IMG/VR virus record: IMGVR_UViG_3300049185_000045
Location: 1 to 26,695 of that record
DNA length: 26,695 nt
Direction: 5' to 3' (one strand)
From: a virus
Lineage: Duplodnaviria > Caudoviricetes
The position numbers and the translations under genes are program-made. Shown piece by piece: positions 23,683-26,695 of the stretch; the first letter of the stretch is position 1, and the number at the start of each line of letters is the position of its first letter. The notes beneath the pieces were generated by a model. It made no database searches and was not told the origin of the DNA. It worked only from the letters and a program-made list of their open reading frames with translations.

Positions 23683-24290
23683 GCGCTCTGCCGAAACAGA
23701 CGGTTCAGAGTCGCATCGATCGCGTACGTGAAATCATCGATTCATACCCGCGCAACAAGCCATTCAGCAAAGCGCACTGCGCGGAGCTGAGTGAGTTGTC
23801 GAATACTGAAATCAGATTCGCGGTCAAACGCCGCAATCCGATGTTCCCGAAGGACGAGAGACATCTGCATGTCACTGCTGGCGATTGGCCTGAGCCGCAG
23901 CAGTGGTCGTGGCGTGAAGCAATCCGCGTAGCTGGCGCGCGCAATCCAGAAGCGGCGCGAGCCAATCGCAAGCGCCAAAAGTTAATGTTCGCGCTGCGGT
24001 ACGCGGTCAAACCAGATATGGATGACTTCCGGGCTGCCGCTGAACCCCGAGCGTGCAGGGTGTGCTGGTTCGCAGAAGATCTCTCAACCGACCATATCAA
24101 GCCACCTTTCTTGGAAATCGCTACGGCCTTCCTGGAGCGGTATCCAGATATCGAGCTGCGAGAGGTTCAAGGATGCGGAGACCTCATTGCTTCGGTTGAT
24201 ATTGAAGCGGAATGGATTGCTTTCCACGCCGCGCGAGCGACGTACCAGTTGCTGTGCCGCAGCTGCAATTCGCGCAAGGGAGCGCGATGA
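23679..24290 (+). CDS. HNH-type nuclease-like protein
   Basis: CRVC...TDHIKPPF..I...F ... W.AFH...ATYQLLCRSCNSRKG; TTGA-coupled start. Confidence 0.6.
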   Translation: MSALPKQTVQSRIDRVREIIDSYPRNKPFSKAHCAELSELSNTEIRFAVKRRNPMFPKDERHLHVTAGDWPEPQQWSWREAIRVAGARNPEAARANRKRQKLMFALRYAVKPDMDDFRAAAEPRACRVCWFAEDLSTDHIKPPFLEIATAFLERYPDIELREVQGCGDLIASVDIEAEWIAFHAARATYQLLCRSCNSRKGAR

Positions 24291-26401
24291 ATGTGCTCGC
24301 ACTCATGAGCAACGCTCTGCTGGTCACCTACACGCTCTTTCCAGACGTGACGCCGGCCACGAAGACCGAGCGCGCCGATGTTCCCTGGGAAACACTCGTC
24401 GACAATATCCGCAAGGCGCCGACCTATATCAACAAGGCTGCCTGCCCGCTGATATCGATGGGCGAGTACGGCGATCTGCGCACAGACAAGGATTGTCTGC
24501 GCCATGCTGCGAACGTCCAGCGTGTATTCGGCGTCGAACTCGACTACGACGGCGAGCAGATGCCGATCGAAGAAGGCGCGGCGATCCTACAGCGCGCAAC
24601 CATTTGCTCGGTGCTGTACACCTCGCCATCGCACACACCAGAAAAGCCGCGGTGGCGCGCATTGCTGCCACTGTCCGAGCCGGCGCTGCCGGACAAGCGA
24701 CGCGAATACGTTGGGCGGGCCAACCGGTTGCTCGGCGGCATTGCCTCGCGCGAATCATTCACGCTCTCGCAAAGCTTCTACCTCGGGCGAGTGCGGGGTG
24801 CCGAGTATGTGGTAATCGACACGCAAGGTCGCTACATCGACTGCGCGTTTGATATCGAACCGCTGTACCACGTCGGCGGGGTCAATGACGGCGAATCTGC
24901 CCGCGACGCCACGACCGATGCACAGCTGCGCGAATGCTTTGAGCAGGGCGCCGGCCGCTACGAGGCAATGCTCAAGCTATCTGCGCGCTGGGCGGCACGC
25001 GGCATGCCGGCGGATGACATCGAGTCGAATCTGCTGGCGCTGCTCGGTGCTGGCTACATGAACCACGACGGGATCGACCTACGCACTCGAGCACGGCCGA
25101 TGGCCGACAGTGCGGTGAGGAAGTTCGGCGATAGCAGGCTGCCTGCTCCGCAAGCACAGCTACCAGCGCAACCAGCACCAGATCAAGAACAGCCGCCCCA
25201 TCCGGCTGAGGCCGAGCCCGCACAAGGGCAGCGCATTGAAGCCACGGTATTCGAGTGGGTTGATCCGAAGACCATACCGCCACGGCCATGGCTGTTCGGG
25301 CATCACTACATGCGCGGCATGGTCAGCGCGACCGCGGGTGTCGGCGGCGCAGGTAAGTCGACGTTGCTGAATGTCGAACTCGTTTCCATGGCGATCGGCA
25401 AGGATCTACTGCGCGATGGCCGCGAAATCCCAGTGGGGCCGCTCGCTGTATGGGGACACAACGGCGAGGACCCCAAAGTCGAACTCGACCGCCGCCTTAT
25501 GGCCGTGTGTCAGTACTACGGCGTCACCAAGGAAGATCTCGGCGGACGGCTGCGCATTACATCTGGTCGCGATATGCCGATCATGGTGGCGCGCGAACTC
25601 GCCGATGGCGGCAAGCTGCTGGTGCCAACCGAAGACGGTAAGCAGATCGCAGCTGAAATCCTCAAGCACGGGATTCAGGTATTTGTCGCAGATCCCTTCG
25701 TCACGATCCATCGCGTTAACGAAAACGACAACACGATGATCGACTGCGTCATGACGATCCTGCGAGACCTCGCCGATCAGACGCGCTGTGCGCTCGAAGT
25801 CGCCCATCACTTCCGCAAACTCAACGGAGAAGACGCCAGCGTCGATGCGGTACGCGGCGCGGGCGCAATTATCGGGGCCTGCCGCAGTGTGCGCATCACG
25901 TCCAGCATGTCGAAAGAGGATGCTGCTAAGTACGGCATCGATGACGAGCAGCGCGGCTTCTATCTGTGGCTGCAGAACGGCAAGTCGAACATGCTGCCGC
26001 CTACTCACAAGCGCCAGTGGCTGTTCATGGCGAGCGCCAACCTCGGCAACGAGGCGGCGCCTTTCAAGTCAGACGAGGTCGGTGTGGTCACCACATGGAC
26101 ACCACCAGAGATGTCCACCGACCTGACGCCACCCGAGTTCCGCGATGTGCGCAAGGCCATTCATGAGGCCAATCCAATCGCAGCCCTGCGTCACGACGTC
26201 AGGTCCACAGGATGGATCGGCAACCTCATGGCGGCGACGCTCGGCAGGGACGCAACCGACAAAGTTGTGAAGGGCCAAATGCTCAGTCTCATCGCTCGGC
26301 TCGAACACGGCGGACACCTTAAGCGACAGGAAGTCAGAGATCCAAGGGCGGGTAGGTCGGTATCTGTTTTTATGTGGGTCAAGGGAGCAGAAGTCGAATG
26401 A
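24287..26401 (+). CDS. Primase-helicase replication protein (AEP-like N-terminus plus AAA_25/RepA-type helicase)
   Basis: ELDYD and YTSPSH...PRWR primase motifs; P/Q/A linker; Walker A GVGGAGKST, Walker B VFVADP, AHHFRK, RGAG. Confidence 0.88.
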   Translation: MNVLALMSNALLVTYTLFPDVTPATKTERADVPWETLVDNIRKAPTYINKAACPLISMGEYGDLRTDKDCLRHAANVQRVFGVELDYDGEQMPIEEGAAILQRATICSVLYTSPSHTPEKPRWRALLPLSEPALPDKRREYVGRANRLLGGIASRESFTLSQSFYLGRVRGAEYVVIDTQGRYIDCAFDIEPLYHVGGVNDGESARDATTDAQLRECFEQGAGRYEAMLKLSARWAARGMPADDIESNLLALLGAGYMNHDGIDLRTRARPMADSAVRKFGDSRLPAPQAQLPAQPAPDQEQPPHPAEAEPAQGQRIEATVFEWVDPKTIPPRPWLFGHHYMRGMVSATAGVGGAGKSTLLNVELVSMAIGKDLLRDGREIPVGPLAVWGHNGEDPKVELDRRLMAVCQYYGVTKEDLGGRLRITSGRDMPIMVARELADGGKLLVPTEDGKQIAAEILKHGIQVFVADPFVTIHRVNENDNTMIDCVMTILRDLADQTRCALEVAHHFRKLNGEDASVDAVRGAGAIIGACRSVRITSSMSKEDAAKYGIDDEQRGFYLWLQNGKSNMLPPTHKRQWLFMASANLGNEAAPFKSDEVGVVTTWTPPEMSTDLTPPEFRDVRKAIHEANPIAALRHDVRSTGWIGNLMAATLGRDATDKVVKGQMLSLIARLEHGGHLKRQEVRDPRAGRSVSVFMWVKGAEVE

Positions 26402-26402
26402 T

Positions 26403-26590
26403 TTCCACAGTTCCACAGTCATTCCACAGTTCCCACAGTGAGTGTGGACGGTACACGGTACACGGGAACCACAGTCCACAGTTCCCTAGTACCGTGGGTG
26501 ACTGTGGTGGAAGTTTTAGTACCACAGACGCAACCACGGTTCGAAGGCACAAATCAGTGCGACTGTGGCGCACGCATGAAGCTGCCACGG
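26403..26590. repeat. CCACAG iteron-like array (putative replication origin)
   Basis: Direct CCACAG at 26405, 26413, 26424, 26433, 26469, 26476, 26522; inverted at 26502, 26563; CCACGG variants. Confidence 0.7.
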
Positions 26591-26695
26591 TCAGTCCTCA
26601 GATCAATTCCTCAGCAGCCTCCTGCACCGATACGCGCGAAAAAGTTCGAGCGCAGGCGGGGGCCCCATTTTTTCTTCGGGTCCTTGCTGCATATG

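Noticed and set aside
26403-26590. CRISPR array
   Set aside because: Repeats are 6-8 bp, irregularly spaced and in both orientations; no spacers or cas genes

Overview
About 26.7 kb of a GC-rich temperate siphovirus-like phage, probably of a Gram-negative proteobacterium, in its non-integrated (attP-intact) form. From left to right: the end of the tail module (tape-measure C-terminus, Dit with inserted carbohydrate-binding-like domains, hub, DUF6950-like, J-like tip); a reverse-strand two-gene moron; a lysis region (several TM/coiled-coil genes, peptidase M15 endolysin, 3TM holin); leftward accessory genes; attP (3' half of tRNA-Lys(CTT), paired TGTCTAA/TTAGACA sites, a perfect chromosomal-type parS palindrome); tyrosine integrase and DUF4224-like excisionase; a long leftward early operon (ASCH, C5 and MT-A70 methyltransferases, RecE-like nuclease); an immunity switch with GGCAA-N4-TTGCC operators; and rightward cro, HNH, LuxR and primase-helicase genes followed by a CCACAG iteron-like array. 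The two most striking observations are (1) a C5 methyltransferase locus encoded by two almost completely overlapping frames, with the catalytic PCQ motif and motif IX in one frame and the other motifs in the second, and (2) a parS inside attP with no par genes in the window. All calls come from reading motifs by eye; no searches were run.
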